DNA of 64,000 nucleotides from an uncultured Chloroflexia bacterium (lineage in GTDB: Bacteria > Chloroflexota > Limnocylindria > Limnocylindrales > CSP1-4): positions 544,001-608,000 of the forward strand of contig CAVVNQ010000003.1 in the NCBI GenBank assembly GCA_963749705.1, given 5' to 3'. Position numbers and translations under genes: made by a program. Positions within the stretch are counted from its first letter, which is position 1. Each line of letters opens with the position of its first letter. This document shows positions 19,762 to 29,566 of this stretch, one piece after another. The notes beneath the pieces were generated by a model. The model ran no database searches, had not been told where the DNA came from, and worked only from the letters and a program-made list of their open reading frames with translations.

Positions 19762-21523
19762 GGGAGCTCTCTGCTTCGAGGTGGACGATGATCCTGGTCC
19801 CCTGCTTCGGGGCAGTATGCACAACAAGGGTGCCACCGATCTGTTCCACCCGCTCCCGCATGGACGCGAGCCCGAAGCCGCCGTCCATGGACCCGGCCAC
19901 GGTGCCCAGGTCGAAGCCGACGCCGTCGTCCTCGATCGTAAGCGTGGTCGCCGCGGTGGCGCACTCCATCCGGACCTGGACGTGGGTCGCCCGCGAGTGC
20001 TTGCGGGTGTTGGTCAGCGCCTCCTGCACGACGCGCAGCAGCTGGACCTCGCTGCGAGGCGTCAGCGAGGCGCGGGTGTCGCCATCGCAGGTGAGGGTGG
20101 CCGCGATCCCGGTCTGCCGGCTGTACTTGCGCAGGTACTCCCGCAGGGAGCCCTCGAGCCCCGTCTCCTCGCGAACGGTCTCGCGCAGCCCCAGGATCGC
20201 CTCGCGCACGTCCTGGTAGGCCTCGTCGGCGGTGTCGGCGATCTGCGACAGCTCGGCGGCCATGGTGTAGCTCGCCTCATCCTTGGCCCGGCCCTCGAGC
20301 GCGCGCAGCTGCAGGTGGATCACGCCCAGCACCTGGGCCAGGCTGTCGTGCAGCTCGCGTGCGATCCGGTCACGCTCGGCATGGATCGTCCACTGCTCCT
20401 CGGCTTCGTGGAGACGGGCCGTCCGAACGGCGATGGTCGCCATGTCGGCCAGTGCGCCCAGCAGCGTCCGCTCGGCCTCGTTGAACGCCTGCCCCGCGCG
20501 GACCACGCACAGCTCGCCCAGGATCCCGTCAGGCCCGCGCAGCGGTCGCGCCGCCCACGTCCGGTTCGCGTCGACCGCGAGCAGCGGGCACTCGGGGTTG
20601 CGCGGGTGGATGGCGCCCGTCGCGCGGTGGACGATCAGGCAGACGCTGCCGTCGTCCGCGATCGCCATGCGCCCCTGGCCGCCGGAAGACCCCGCACGGG
20701 TGGTGTCGGTGAGGCATACGACGGCGCGATCCGCACCCAGCAGCTCCCGCGCATGACCGGAGATCGCGTCGAGGACGTCGTGCAGGTCAGCCCGGCGAGT
20801 GAGCTGGAGCGCGACCTCGTACAGCGCGGCGCGCTCCCGTTCCCGGCGATGCAGATCCGCGACCGTGAGTGCGAGCTGCGCGGCGCCCGCGATCTCGCCC
20901 GTGATGTCGGCGAGCGCGGCGGGCGAGATGTCGGGATCGACCGCCGGATGGATCACGACGCGCAGGTGTCCGATCCGGTCGCGTCCCCGGATCAGCGGCA
21001 GGTCCAGGACGCCGGTGTCGAGCTCCGCCCGGCGCGTGAACGAGGGCGTGTCCTGCTCCGGGTCTGCCGGCGCATCGAGCAGCGGGGCGAGCCAGCTGAG
21101 GCCCGTCGCAAGCGGGTCCGGCCGGCGGATCGTCAACGGGTCGCCGCCCGGGGTCAGGATCGAGACCGTGCCGGCGATGGCGCCGGTCTGCGTGATGAGC
21201 CGGTCGAGCGCCTGCCCGAGCAGGTTCGGCAGGGCGAGGCCGCCCCGGACGGCGGAGCTCACCGCGTGGGTGACGGTGAGGTCCTTGTTCCGGGCCAGCA
21301 GCTGCTTCTGGGTGCGGTCGAGGTAGATCGAGACGAAGGTCGCAAAGATGACGATCGCGCCGCCCATGATCATCGCGGACAGCACGTGGGCGTCGTCGCC
21401 GGTGACCGTGCGATCGAGGAACAGGAACCGGACCACCTCGAAGGCCCAGACGAACACGACGGGCACGATCATCGTCGCCCACTTGAGGCGGTTGAGATCG
21501 CGTGCGCCCTGGGGTTCGCTCAT
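19718..21523 (-). CDS. Sensor histidine kinase (2 TM, GAF, HisKA_3)
   Basis: ERDRIARELHDSLAQ, QEALTNTRKHS, DDGVGF and GFGLASMRER. Confidence 0.92.
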   Translation of the reverse strand: MSEPQGARDLNRLKWATMIVPVVFVWAFEVVRFLFLDRTVTGDDAHVLSAMIMGGAIVIFATFVSIYLDRTQKQLLARNKDLTVTHAVSSAVRGGLALPNLLGQALDRLITQTGAIAGTVSILTPGGDPLTIRRPDPLATGLSWLAPLLDAPADPEQDTPSFTRRAELDTGVLDLPLIRGRDRIGHLRVVIHPAVDPDISPAALADITGEIAGAAQLALTVADLHRRERERAALYEVALQLTRRADLHDVLDAISGHARELLGADRAVVCLTDTTRAGSSGGQGRMAIADDGSVCLIVHRATGAIHPRNPECPLLAVDANRTWAARPLRGPDGILGELCVVRAGQAFNEAERTLLGALADMATIAVRTARLHEAEEQWTIHAERDRIARELHDSLAQVLGVIHLQLRALEGRAKDEASYTMAAELSQIADTADEAYQDVREAILGLRETVREETGLEGSLREYLRKYSRQTGIAATLTCDGDTRASLTPRSEVQLLRVVQEALTNTRKHSRATHVQVRMECATAATTLTIEDDGVGFDLGTVAGSMDGGFGLASMRERVEQIGGTLVVHTAPKQGTRIIVHLEAESSRGTHSAASQGAARR

Positions 21524-21640
21524 GGGTCCGACTGTGCCGTTCGATACATGCGGTGGCGAAGGGCCGTCCGGCCCGTGCATGGAGGGACCCATCGGCACCC
21601 AACCGCGTGACCCGGACCGGGCCGGCCGCGGCGGTGCGCG

Positions 21641-22732
21641 CTACGCGGGTCCGGCGTCCTCCGCCGGCGCCGCCTCGCCCGCCGCTTGCGCCGTGCTCGG
21701 CCAGCCCTCCGCGTCACCCCTGGGGCGGACCTGGACGAACTCGAACCCGAACCGGCCCTTGACGCACAGGTGCCCGCTGGTGACCGACGACTCGAGCGGG
21801 GAGGTCACCTTGACGATCGAGTTGTCCTGGACGTGGAGCGAGAGCGTGCACCCGACGCCGCAGTACGGGCAGATCGTGTCGGTCGTGGTCTGGGCGGTCT
21901 CGTCCCAGGTTCCCGCCTGCCGCATCTCGTGCTCCGACCGGAACATGAGTGCGCCGGTCGGGCAGACGCCGATGCAGTTGCCGCAGTACACGCATGCGGA
22001 CTCGGGAAGCGGAACGTCGAACTCGGTCGAGATCCGGGCATCGAACCCGCGGCCCGCGACCGAGATCGCGAACGTGTTCTGGGCATCCTCGCCGCACGCC
22101 TCGACGCACTTGTAGCAAAGGATGCAGCGGGCGTAGTCGCGGACGTACAGGTCGTTGTCGACCTTGACCGGCTGGGCGACGGTCTCGGCCGCGGGTGCGT
22201 CCCCGGCGGGAGCGTGGTGGTGTCCCGGGGCCCGGGCGTCGCGCTCTCCGGCGGCCGCGGGTGCCGCGGCCGGGCCGAACCGCTCGGGGTGCGCCCCGTA
22301 CCGGCGGGCGTAGCGGGCGAGGTCGCCATCGGGTGCCTCGGGTCCGGCCAGCGAGAGGTCGACCGAGGAGCCGAGCAGCTCCAGGACCATCCGGCGCGCT
22401 TCGCGGACGCGCTCGCTGTCGGTCTGGACCTCCATCCCCGGCTCGACCTTGCGCGAGCACGCCGGGACGAGGACGCGCGAGCCGGCGACCTCCACCACGC
22501 ACACCCGGCAGACGTTGACCGGCGCGAGCGTCTCCAGGTAGCACAGCGTCGGCGTGTCGATGCCCACCGACCGGGCGGCCTCGAGGATCGTGGAGCCGGC
22601 CGGGACGGTCACGCCGGCGCCGTCGATCGACAGCTCGACGGCCGGAACGTCGGGTGCCGGCGGTGGCTCGGGCGGCCGCGAGGGACGCGCCGGCGGCTCG
22701 AAGAAGATGCGGGCGACGTCGTCGACGCTCAT
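21641..22732 (-). CDS. Fe-S subunit of formate dehydrogenase (2Fe-2S, 2x4Fe-4S and the Mo-proximal 4Fe-4S domain)
   Basis: PTLC...CRVCVVE...PAC; CILCYKCVEAC; CVYCGNCIGVCP; C-terminal CPYCGVGC...LCVKGRFG. Confidence 0.9.
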   Translation of the reverse strand: MSVDDVARIFFEPPARPSRPPEPPPAPDVPAVELSIDGAGVTVPAGSTILEAARSVGIDTPTLCYLETLAPVNVCRVCVVEVAGSRVLVPACSRKVEPGMEVQTDSERVREARRMVLELLGSSVDLSLAGPEAPDGDLARYARRYGAHPERFGPAAAPAAAGERDARAPGHHHAPAGDAPAAETVAQPVKVDNDLYVRDYARCILCYKCVEACGEDAQNTFAISVAGRGFDARISTEFDVPLPESACVYCGNCIGVCPTGALMFRSEHEMRQAGTWDETAQTTTDTICPYCGVGCTLSLHVQDNSIVKVTSPLESSVTSGHLCVKGRFGFEFVQVRPRGDAEGWPSTAQAAGEAAPAEDAGPA

Positions 22733-24684
22733 CGGGCTCCCCCCATGGCGGCTGGGGCATCGTCGAAGCGGACGAGGCCGGCGCGGAACGCACTCTCGAT
22801 CGCCGAGGACGCGGTCTGGCCGAGGCCGCAGATCGAGGCGTCGCGCATCGCGCGCGAGAGATCCGCGAACAGCTCCGCCTCCTGCGCGTAGGATCCCAGC
22901 GGTGCGCCGGCGGCGAGGCGGGCGAGCAGCTCCTCCTGGCGGACGGTGCCCACCCGGCACGGGACGCACTGGCCACACGACTCGTCGCGGAAGAACGCCG
23001 CGATCCGTCGCAGCGCGCCGACGAGGTCTGCCGCCTCGTCGAACACCATCACCACGCCCGAGCCCAGGGTCACGCCCGCCTCCCGGGTGCCCTCGAACGT
23101 GAGCGGCGTGTCGAGCCGGTCCGGGCCGACGAACGCCCCCGCCGCTCCGCCCAGGAGCACCGCCTGGATCGCGCGGCCGTGCGGGACCCCGCCGGCGAGC
23201 TCGATCAGCTGCCGCAGGGTCGCCCCGAACGGCAGCTCGTAGACGCCGGGCCGGGCCACGTTGCCCGACACGCAGAACAGCTTGGGACCGGTCGAGCCCT
23301 CGGTGCCGATCGCCGCGTAGGCGTCAGCGCCGAGGCGCAGGATCAGCGGGACGTTGACCAGGGTCTCGACGTTGTTGACGGCCGTCGGCCGCCCGAACAG
23401 GCCGACCTCGACGGGGAACGGCGGCTTGTTGCGAGGCTCGGGACGTCCGCCCTCGATCGACTCGAACAGCGCCGTCTCCTCGCCCGCGATGTAGGCGCCG
23501 GCGCCGATCCGAAGCTCGATGTCGAACGCCCAGCCGCTGCCGGCCACATCCCCGCCCAGCATGCCCGCTGCACGCACCTCGGCCAGCGCATGCTCCAGGC
23601 GCTGCCGCGCGAGCGGGTACTCGCCGCGCAGGTAGAGATAGCCCCGCGACGCGCCTACGGCGAGCCCGGCGATCGTCATCGCCTCGAGCAGGGCGAACGG
23701 GTCCTCCTCGAGGATCACGCGGTCCTTGAACGTCCCGGGCTCCGACTCGTCGGCGTTGCACACCACGTAGCGGGGCGTCACCGGCTGCGCGGCGACGGCG
23801 GCCCACTTCCGGCCGGTCGGGAACGCGGCGCCGCCGCGACCCACGAGCCTCGCGTTGGTCACCTCCGTGATCACGGCATCGGGTCCGACGGCCATCGCCC
23901 GGGCGAGCGCCTCGTAGCCGCCCGCGGCCCGGTACGCATCGAGCGAGGTCGGGTCGACGCGACCGACGCGGGCGAGCAGCTGGAGGCCGTCCTCGCCTGC
24001 CTGAGGCGCCAGCCCGCGAACCCATTCGACCGGGTCGGCTCGCGCATCGCCCAGCTCCGTCGCGACGCGGCCCCCGCCCTCGCGGGCGACCCCGACGGCC
24101 CAGTCCAGCGTCTCGAGCAGCCCGCCGCCGTCCTCGATCTCGCCCACGACCATCGCCCCGGCCGTCTCGCCGGCAACGGTCAGCAGCGCCGCCGTTCCGC
24201 GCTCGCACTGCCCCAGGCACGGGCTGCGCAGCCACGTCGCGTTGCCATCGCCGATGGGGGCACCGGGTGGACCGGCGAGACGCTCGAGCTCGGCGCACAC
24301 GGCCTCGGCGCCGGCGAGCCGGCAGGCGATGTCGTCGCACACGTGGGCGACCACGGGCGGCCGCGGCGTCGTGGACAGCAGCGAGTAGAACGACGCGACG
24401 CCGTACGCGTCCGCGGGCGGCACGGTGAGGCGCCTCGAGATGTGGTTGAGGGCGCCCCGGCTCACCCAGCCCGCCTGTCCGGCGGCGGCTTCGAGCGCCG
24501 GGAGGAGGAGGTCGCGGCGCGCCCTCGCCTGGTGACCCCCGCGGGCGACGTGGCCGTCGAGACCGGTATCCCGCGCACCGCCGGACCAGCCGTCGCGGGC
24601 GGGCCCGATCTCCGGGTCGAGGACAGCATCGATCGCGGCCCGCTCCTCGGGGCTCGCGGCGGGACCGACGACGTGGAGGTCCAT
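22729..24684 (-). CDS. NuoE-NuoF fusion diaphorase subunit (FdsG/FdsB-like)
   Basis: VCDDIAC...CLGQC (2Fe-2S); GRGGAAFPTG, CNADESEPGTFKDR, GAGAYIAGEETAL and ESCGQCVPCRVG...SICGLG. Confidence 0.92.
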   Translation of the reverse strand: MDLHVVGPAASPEERAAIDAVLDPEIGPARDGWSGGARDTGLDGHVARGGHQARARRDLLLPALEAAAGQAGWVSRGALNHISRRLTVPPADAYGVASFYSLLSTTPRPPVVAHVCDDIACRLAGAEAVCAELERLAGPPGAPIGDGNATWLRSPCLGQCERGTAALLTVAGETAGAMVVGEIEDGGGLLETLDWAVGVAREGGGRVATELGDARADPVEWVRGLAPQAGEDGLQLLARVGRVDPTSLDAYRAAGGYEALARAMAVGPDAVITEVTNARLVGRGGAAFPTGRKWAAVAAQPVTPRYVVCNADESEPGTFKDRVILEEDPFALLEAMTIAGLAVGASRGYLYLRGEYPLARQRLEHALAEVRAAGMLGGDVAGSGWAFDIELRIGAGAYIAGEETALFESIEGGRPEPRNKPPFPVEVGLFGRPTAVNNVETLVNVPLILRLGADAYAAIGTEGSTGPKLFCVSGNVARPGVYELPFGATLRQLIELAGGVPHGRAIQAVLLGGAAGAFVGPDRLDTPLTFEGTREAGVTLGSGVVMVFDEAADLVGALRRIAAFFRDESCGQCVPCRVGTVRQEELLARLAAGAPLGSYAQEAELFADLSRAMRDASICGLGQTASSAIESAFRAGLVRFDDAPAAMGGAR

Positions 24685-24799
24685 GGTTCCCGAGTGTAGT
24701 GCGGTCGGTCGTGTCCCGGATTCCCGCCGCGCGGCGGAGCGCGGCCGAATGCGCCGCGGTGTGGCCGGCCGGATCGGCTGCCGCAACACGGTCCCGCGT

Positions 24800-25435
24800 T
24801 CAAACGGGCGGGAGGTCCAGCCAGCCCTCGCGCAGCGCCCGGGTCGCCAGCTCGGTTCGCGACGCGATCCCGAAGCGCTCGAACAGCCGGGCGAGGTGCG
24901 TCTCCACGGTCTTGGCGCCGATCGAGAGCGCGACGGCGATCTCGTCGTTGGACCGGCCTTCGATGACCAGGGCCACGACATCGAGCTCGCGACGCGAGAG
25001 CCGCGCGCGGTCGGCCGCCCGCGGACGGACCCCGAACGCGAGCCCGCCGGCGGCCGCGCGCCGGATCGCGTCGAGCAGCTCGCTCATCGGTGCGGTCTTG
25101 AGCACGAAACCGGCCGCGCCGAGCCGCAGGGCCGCCTCGGCGTACTGGGGGTAGTCGTATGCGGTGAGCACCACGATCGCGGGCCGCGGTCGGTCGGTGC
25201 GCGCATCGTTGAGCAGGTTGAGCCCGCTGTCGGTCCCCAGCCGGATGTCGAGCAGGACGACGTCGACATCGGTGCCCGCGATCAGCGCGCGCGCCTCCGC
25301 GAGCGAGCCCGCGGTTCCCACGATCGAGAGCCCGACCTGCTTCGCGAGGATGGCCGCCGTCCCTTCGCGCACCACCGGGTGGTCGTCGATGACCATGACC
25401 CGGATCGGCCTGACGGGGTCACCCGCGTCGGTCAC
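24800..25435 (-). CDS. NarL/LuxR-family response regulator
   Basis: VIDDHPVVREG, LLDIRL and LSRRELDVVALVIEGRSNDEIA; GTGA overlap with the kinase stop. Confidence 0.9.
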   Translation of the reverse strand: MTDAGDPVRPIRVMVIDDHPVVREGTAAILAKQVGLSIVGTAGSLAEARALIAGTDVDVVLLDIRLGTDSGLNLLNDARTDRPRPAIVVLTAYDYPQYAEAALRLGAAGFVLKTAPMSELLDAIRRAAAGGLAFGVRPRAADRARLSRRELDVVALVIEGRSNDEIAVALSIGAKTVETHLARLFERFGIASRTELATRALREGWLDLPPV

Positions 25436-27156
25436 CGCGCTCGCCATTCGAGCCCGACGTGCGTGCCGCCCTTGGGCCACCGGCGGATGTCGAGGATCGC
25501 GCCGATGCCCTCGGCCCGCTGCTGCATGTTGAGGAGGCCGAAGTGGCCCTCTCGCTCGGCACGGTCCCCGGCGTCGGATGCGATCCCGGCGCCCTCGTCG
25601 TCGATCGTCAGCGAGGCGATTCCCTGGCTCGACCGGTACCGGACGGTGATCGGCGGCCGCCCGTGCTTGACGGCGTTGGACAGCGCCTCCTGGGCAACCC
25701 GGAAGAAGGCGAGCTCCACGTCCGCCGGTGGTCGCGTCCCGTCCGCTCGCTCGAGGCGGACCTCGCCGCCGGCGAGCCGCTCGATCCGCAGCACCAGCCA
25801 GTCGAGCGCCGGCCCCACGCCGAGGTCATCGAGGATGGGCAGGCGCAGGTCGCCGCAGATCGCCCGCAGCCGGTCCGAAACGGTCCGCGCGATGTCCGCA
25901 CCCTCGGTGTCGCCGGCCGCGTCGAGCCGGCGGACGAGCAGCGTCAGCTCCTGGAGGGCATCGTCGTGGATGTCCGCCGCCACCCGCGCCCGCTCGGCCT
26001 CGGTGGCCGCGACGACGAGGTCGCGCTGGAGCTGCGCGCGGCTCGCGAGCCTGGCCAGCGGACGCACGGTGAACCGGCCCGCCAGCGCGATCGCCGCGAT
26101 CCACAGCAGGAACACGATCAGGTACGAGGAGGACGCGGTCAGCAGGGCGATCACCGGCGTGACGCCGGCGAGCGCGAGCTCCGTGGATTGCAGGAGCCGG
26201 CCGCTGGCCGCCGCCTCGCCGCCGGCGGCGACGGGCGCGCGCGACGCCCCCGGCAGCAGGGGTCCCGCGGCGATGAACCCCGGGATGGCGACGATCCCGG
26301 CTGCCAGCAGGGCCGTGGGCAGCTCGAGGCCCGGTGCGGCCGGGTTCGCGGCGCTCGCGAGGCCGGTCACGATCGCTGCGACGGCGCAGGTCGCGGTCCC
26401 GGTCACGGCCATGGAGCGGTCCTGCGGGTCGTCGATCCGCGCGAGCAGCGCGGCCGCGAGCGGCAGCAGGGTCGCGGGCAGCAGCACCGCGAGCAGGACC
26501 CCCGCGGCCGGCATCCACACGCGCGTCAGCGGCTGCACCAGGAACGGGCCCGCGGTGGCCAGGGCGAGGGGCAGGCCGAGATCGCGGAGCGAGGCGCCGG
26601 CGCGGCCGGTGACCATCCACCAGGCGGTCGCGAACAGGACGCCGATCCCGAACACGACCAGCAGGATCGAGTCCCGGAGGCGGTTCTGGCCGTCGTCGCC
26701 GATGAACGCCGTGTACCCCTGGTTGTCGGGGCTCCACGTCGCGAGGTCGCCGGCCCTGATGGCGGTCAGGTCCGTCACCGGCGCGTTGGCCAGCGACTGG
26801 AGCACGTCCTCGGGCAGGCCGAGCGAGACCGGAAGCGCCGGATCCCACGTGTACGAGGGTTCCGGAATGTCGCCCGTCACCGGGTCCGGGGTCGCTTCGG
26901 TCGTCGCGTAGACCGGCTCCGGCATCCGGATCAGCTGCCGGTCGTTGAGCATGATCGCGACCATGCCCGGCTCGATCCCGTACCTCGCGGCCGGACCGGC
27001 CGGATCGACCGTCCACACGACCACGCGTCCGTCCGACACGATCAGCTGGAGCCCGGGCCCGTTCCTGGCGATCACCGGCGTCAGCAGGCCGATGACGACG
27101 GCGACCAGGCCGATGACGATGGCCGCCCGCTCGATCCGTGCCCGTGTGATGGCCAT
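25432..27156 (-). CDS. Multi-TM sensor histidine kinase with a PDZ-like extracellular domain
   Basis: VDPAGPAARYGIEPG (PDZ-like), many TMs, ERARVAADIHDDALQ, QEALSNAVKH and GHFGLLNM. Confidence 0.88.
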   Translation of the reverse strand: MAITRARIERAAIVIGLVAVVIGLLTPVIARNGPGLQLIVSDGRVVVWTVDPAGPAARYGIEPGMVAIMLNDRQLIRMPEPVYATTEATPDPVTGDIPEPSYTWDPALPVSLGLPEDVLQSLANAPVTDLTAIRAGDLATWSPDNQGYTAFIGDDGQNRLRDSILLVVFGIGVLFATAWWMVTGRAGASLRDLGLPLALATAGPFLVQPLTRVWMPAAGVLLAVLLPATLLPLAAALLARIDDPQDRSMAVTGTATCAVAAIVTGLASAANPAAPGLELPTALLAAGIVAIPGFIAAGPLLPGASRAPVAAGGEAAASGRLLQSTELALAGVTPVIALLTASSSYLIVFLLWIAAIALAGRFTVRPLARLASRAQLQRDLVVAATEAERARVAADIHDDALQELTLLVRRLDAAGDTEGADIARTVSDRLRAICGDLRLPILDDLGVGPALDWLVLRIERLAGGEVRLERADGTRPPADVELAFFRVAQEALSNAVKHGRPPITVRYRSSQGIASLTIDDEGAGIASDAGDRAEREGHFGLLNMQQRAEGIGAILDIRRWPKGGTHVGLEWRAR

Positions 27157-27286
27157 GGCCCGACGGTAGCACCGGGTCGGGGCGCCCGAGGTCCGGGAGA
27201 TCCCGGAACGCTCGTCCGTCGTCCGACGGGTTCGCAGCCGTTGCGGTCATCATCATGCTGGCTTCATGCAGCAAGTCAGGGGGCGC

Positions 27287-28158
<872 letters not shown>

Positions 28159-28162
<4 letters not shown>

Positions 28163-29100
28163 CGCGGCTGGACGTGCGGCTCACGCTGCGCCTGTACCGG
28201 TTCGAGATCATCACCTTCGGGACGTTGGTCGGGTTGCTCGCGATCGCCGCCGTGGTGACGGCGGACATGCTGGACGCGACGGGCTACGGCGCGAGCTGCT
28301 GGACGGGCATCGGGACACCCGACTGCGAGTCGATGGGCCGCGCATTCTGGGCGCTCCAGCAGCCACGCGTGCCGCTGATCCACGCGTGCCTGGTCGCGCT
28401 GCCGTACCTGCTCGCCGCACTGGTGGGTGCGCCGCTGGTCGCCCGGGAGCTGGAGCGCGGGACGACGCGCCTGGCCTGGTCGCTCGCTCCATCCCGGGTT
28501 GGCTGGCTGGTCAGCCGGGTCGTGCCGATCGCGGTCATCACGCTCGTGCCGGCGCTGGTGGCCGGGCTGGCCCTCGACCGTCTCTTGGCCGCCGTCACGC
28601 CGGGCACGGACGTGGCCAACGCATTCGACGCGTTCGGTGATCGCGGTGTCGTCCTGGCGGCCAGGGTGATGTTCGTGTTCGCCGTGGGCGTGCCCATCGG
28701 CGCGATCGTTGGGCGGATGCTGCCGGCGCTGATCGTGGCCATGGTGGTCGGTGCGGTGGGAATCGCCGGTGGCTCGTATGTCCACAGCCGGATCCTCGCG
28801 TCGGAGGCGGTCTGGGTCGACACGGCGTCAGGATCCGGCGCCCCCGGCGACCTGTTCTTCGACCAGCGGATCCGGACCCCGGACGGCGCGATGGTGACCT
28901 GGGACGAGCTGTTCTCGCTGGTCCCCCAGCCGGAGGATGGATCGGACTGGCCGCCGCCCGGCTACACGTTCGTGGCCCTGGTGGTTCCCGGCACGCGCTA
29001 CGGGTTCGTCGAGCTGCGCGAGGTCGGGGCGCTCGCCGGCGCCAGCCTGGTCGCGCTCGGGCTCGCCGCGTTCACCGTCCGGCGCCGGCGGCCCGGCTGA
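28159..29100 (+). CDS. ABC-2 type permease
   Basis: GAPLVARELERGTTRLAWS motif and several TMs; GTGA overlap with the ATPase gene. Confidence 0.85.
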
Positions 29101-29127
29101 GGGGCGCCTCGACGGGATGACGGCCGT

Positions 29128-29204
29128 GCCCGCCTCCCGACGGACGGGATGCGCGCCTCCCGACGGATGGGATGCCCGCCTCCCGACGGCACCCGATGCC
29201 CGCC
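29128..29204. repeat. Intergenic ~23-bp tandem repeat (3 copies plus a partial)
   Basis: GCCCGCCTCCCGACGGACGGGAT / GCGCGCCTCCCGACGGATGGGAT / GCCCGCCTCCCGACGGCACCCGAT / GCCCGCC. Confidence 0.85.
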
Positions 29205-29212
29205 CCCGCGCG

Positions 29213-29566
29213 TCAGGCGCTGCCCGTGGTTCCCCAGCCCGTGTACTCGCCCCCGTGCTCGGCGGCGAACGCGCCGAGCTGCTCGCGGATGGCGGTGATC
29301 CGCTCGAGCGTCACGACCATCGGGAACGCGACCCGCACCGCCCAGCTGCGGCCCATCAGGCTCGGGTTGAGCCGCACCGTCCCGCCGCTGCTGGCGAGCT
29401 TGGCCACGACCTGACGCGCCGATCGCTCGTCGGGAAGCGTCAGGAAGTGCTCGACGGTCATCGGGCGCGACATGTCGACACCGGCCGCGACCAGCTTCGC
29501 GATGAGCTGTGCGTCGCCGTCACCCGCGTCGTCGGGGGCGCCGAACAGCCTGCGGATCATGCTCAC
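29213..29566 (-). CDS. RraB-domain (ribonuclease E inhibitor-like) protein
   Basis: GVDMSRPMTVEHF and C-terminal AAEHGGEYTGW; overlaps the fdhA stop. Confidence 0.65.
   Translation of the reverse strand: MSMIRRLFGAPDDAGDGDAQLIAKLVAAGVDMSRPMTVEHFLTLPDERSARQVVAKLASSGGTVRLNPSLMGRSWAVRVAFPMVVTLERITAIREQLGAFAAEHGGEYTGWGTTGSA

Noticed and set aside
29128-29204. Possible mini CRISPR array
   Set aside because: The units are directly tandem with no unique spacers, and there are no cas genes.
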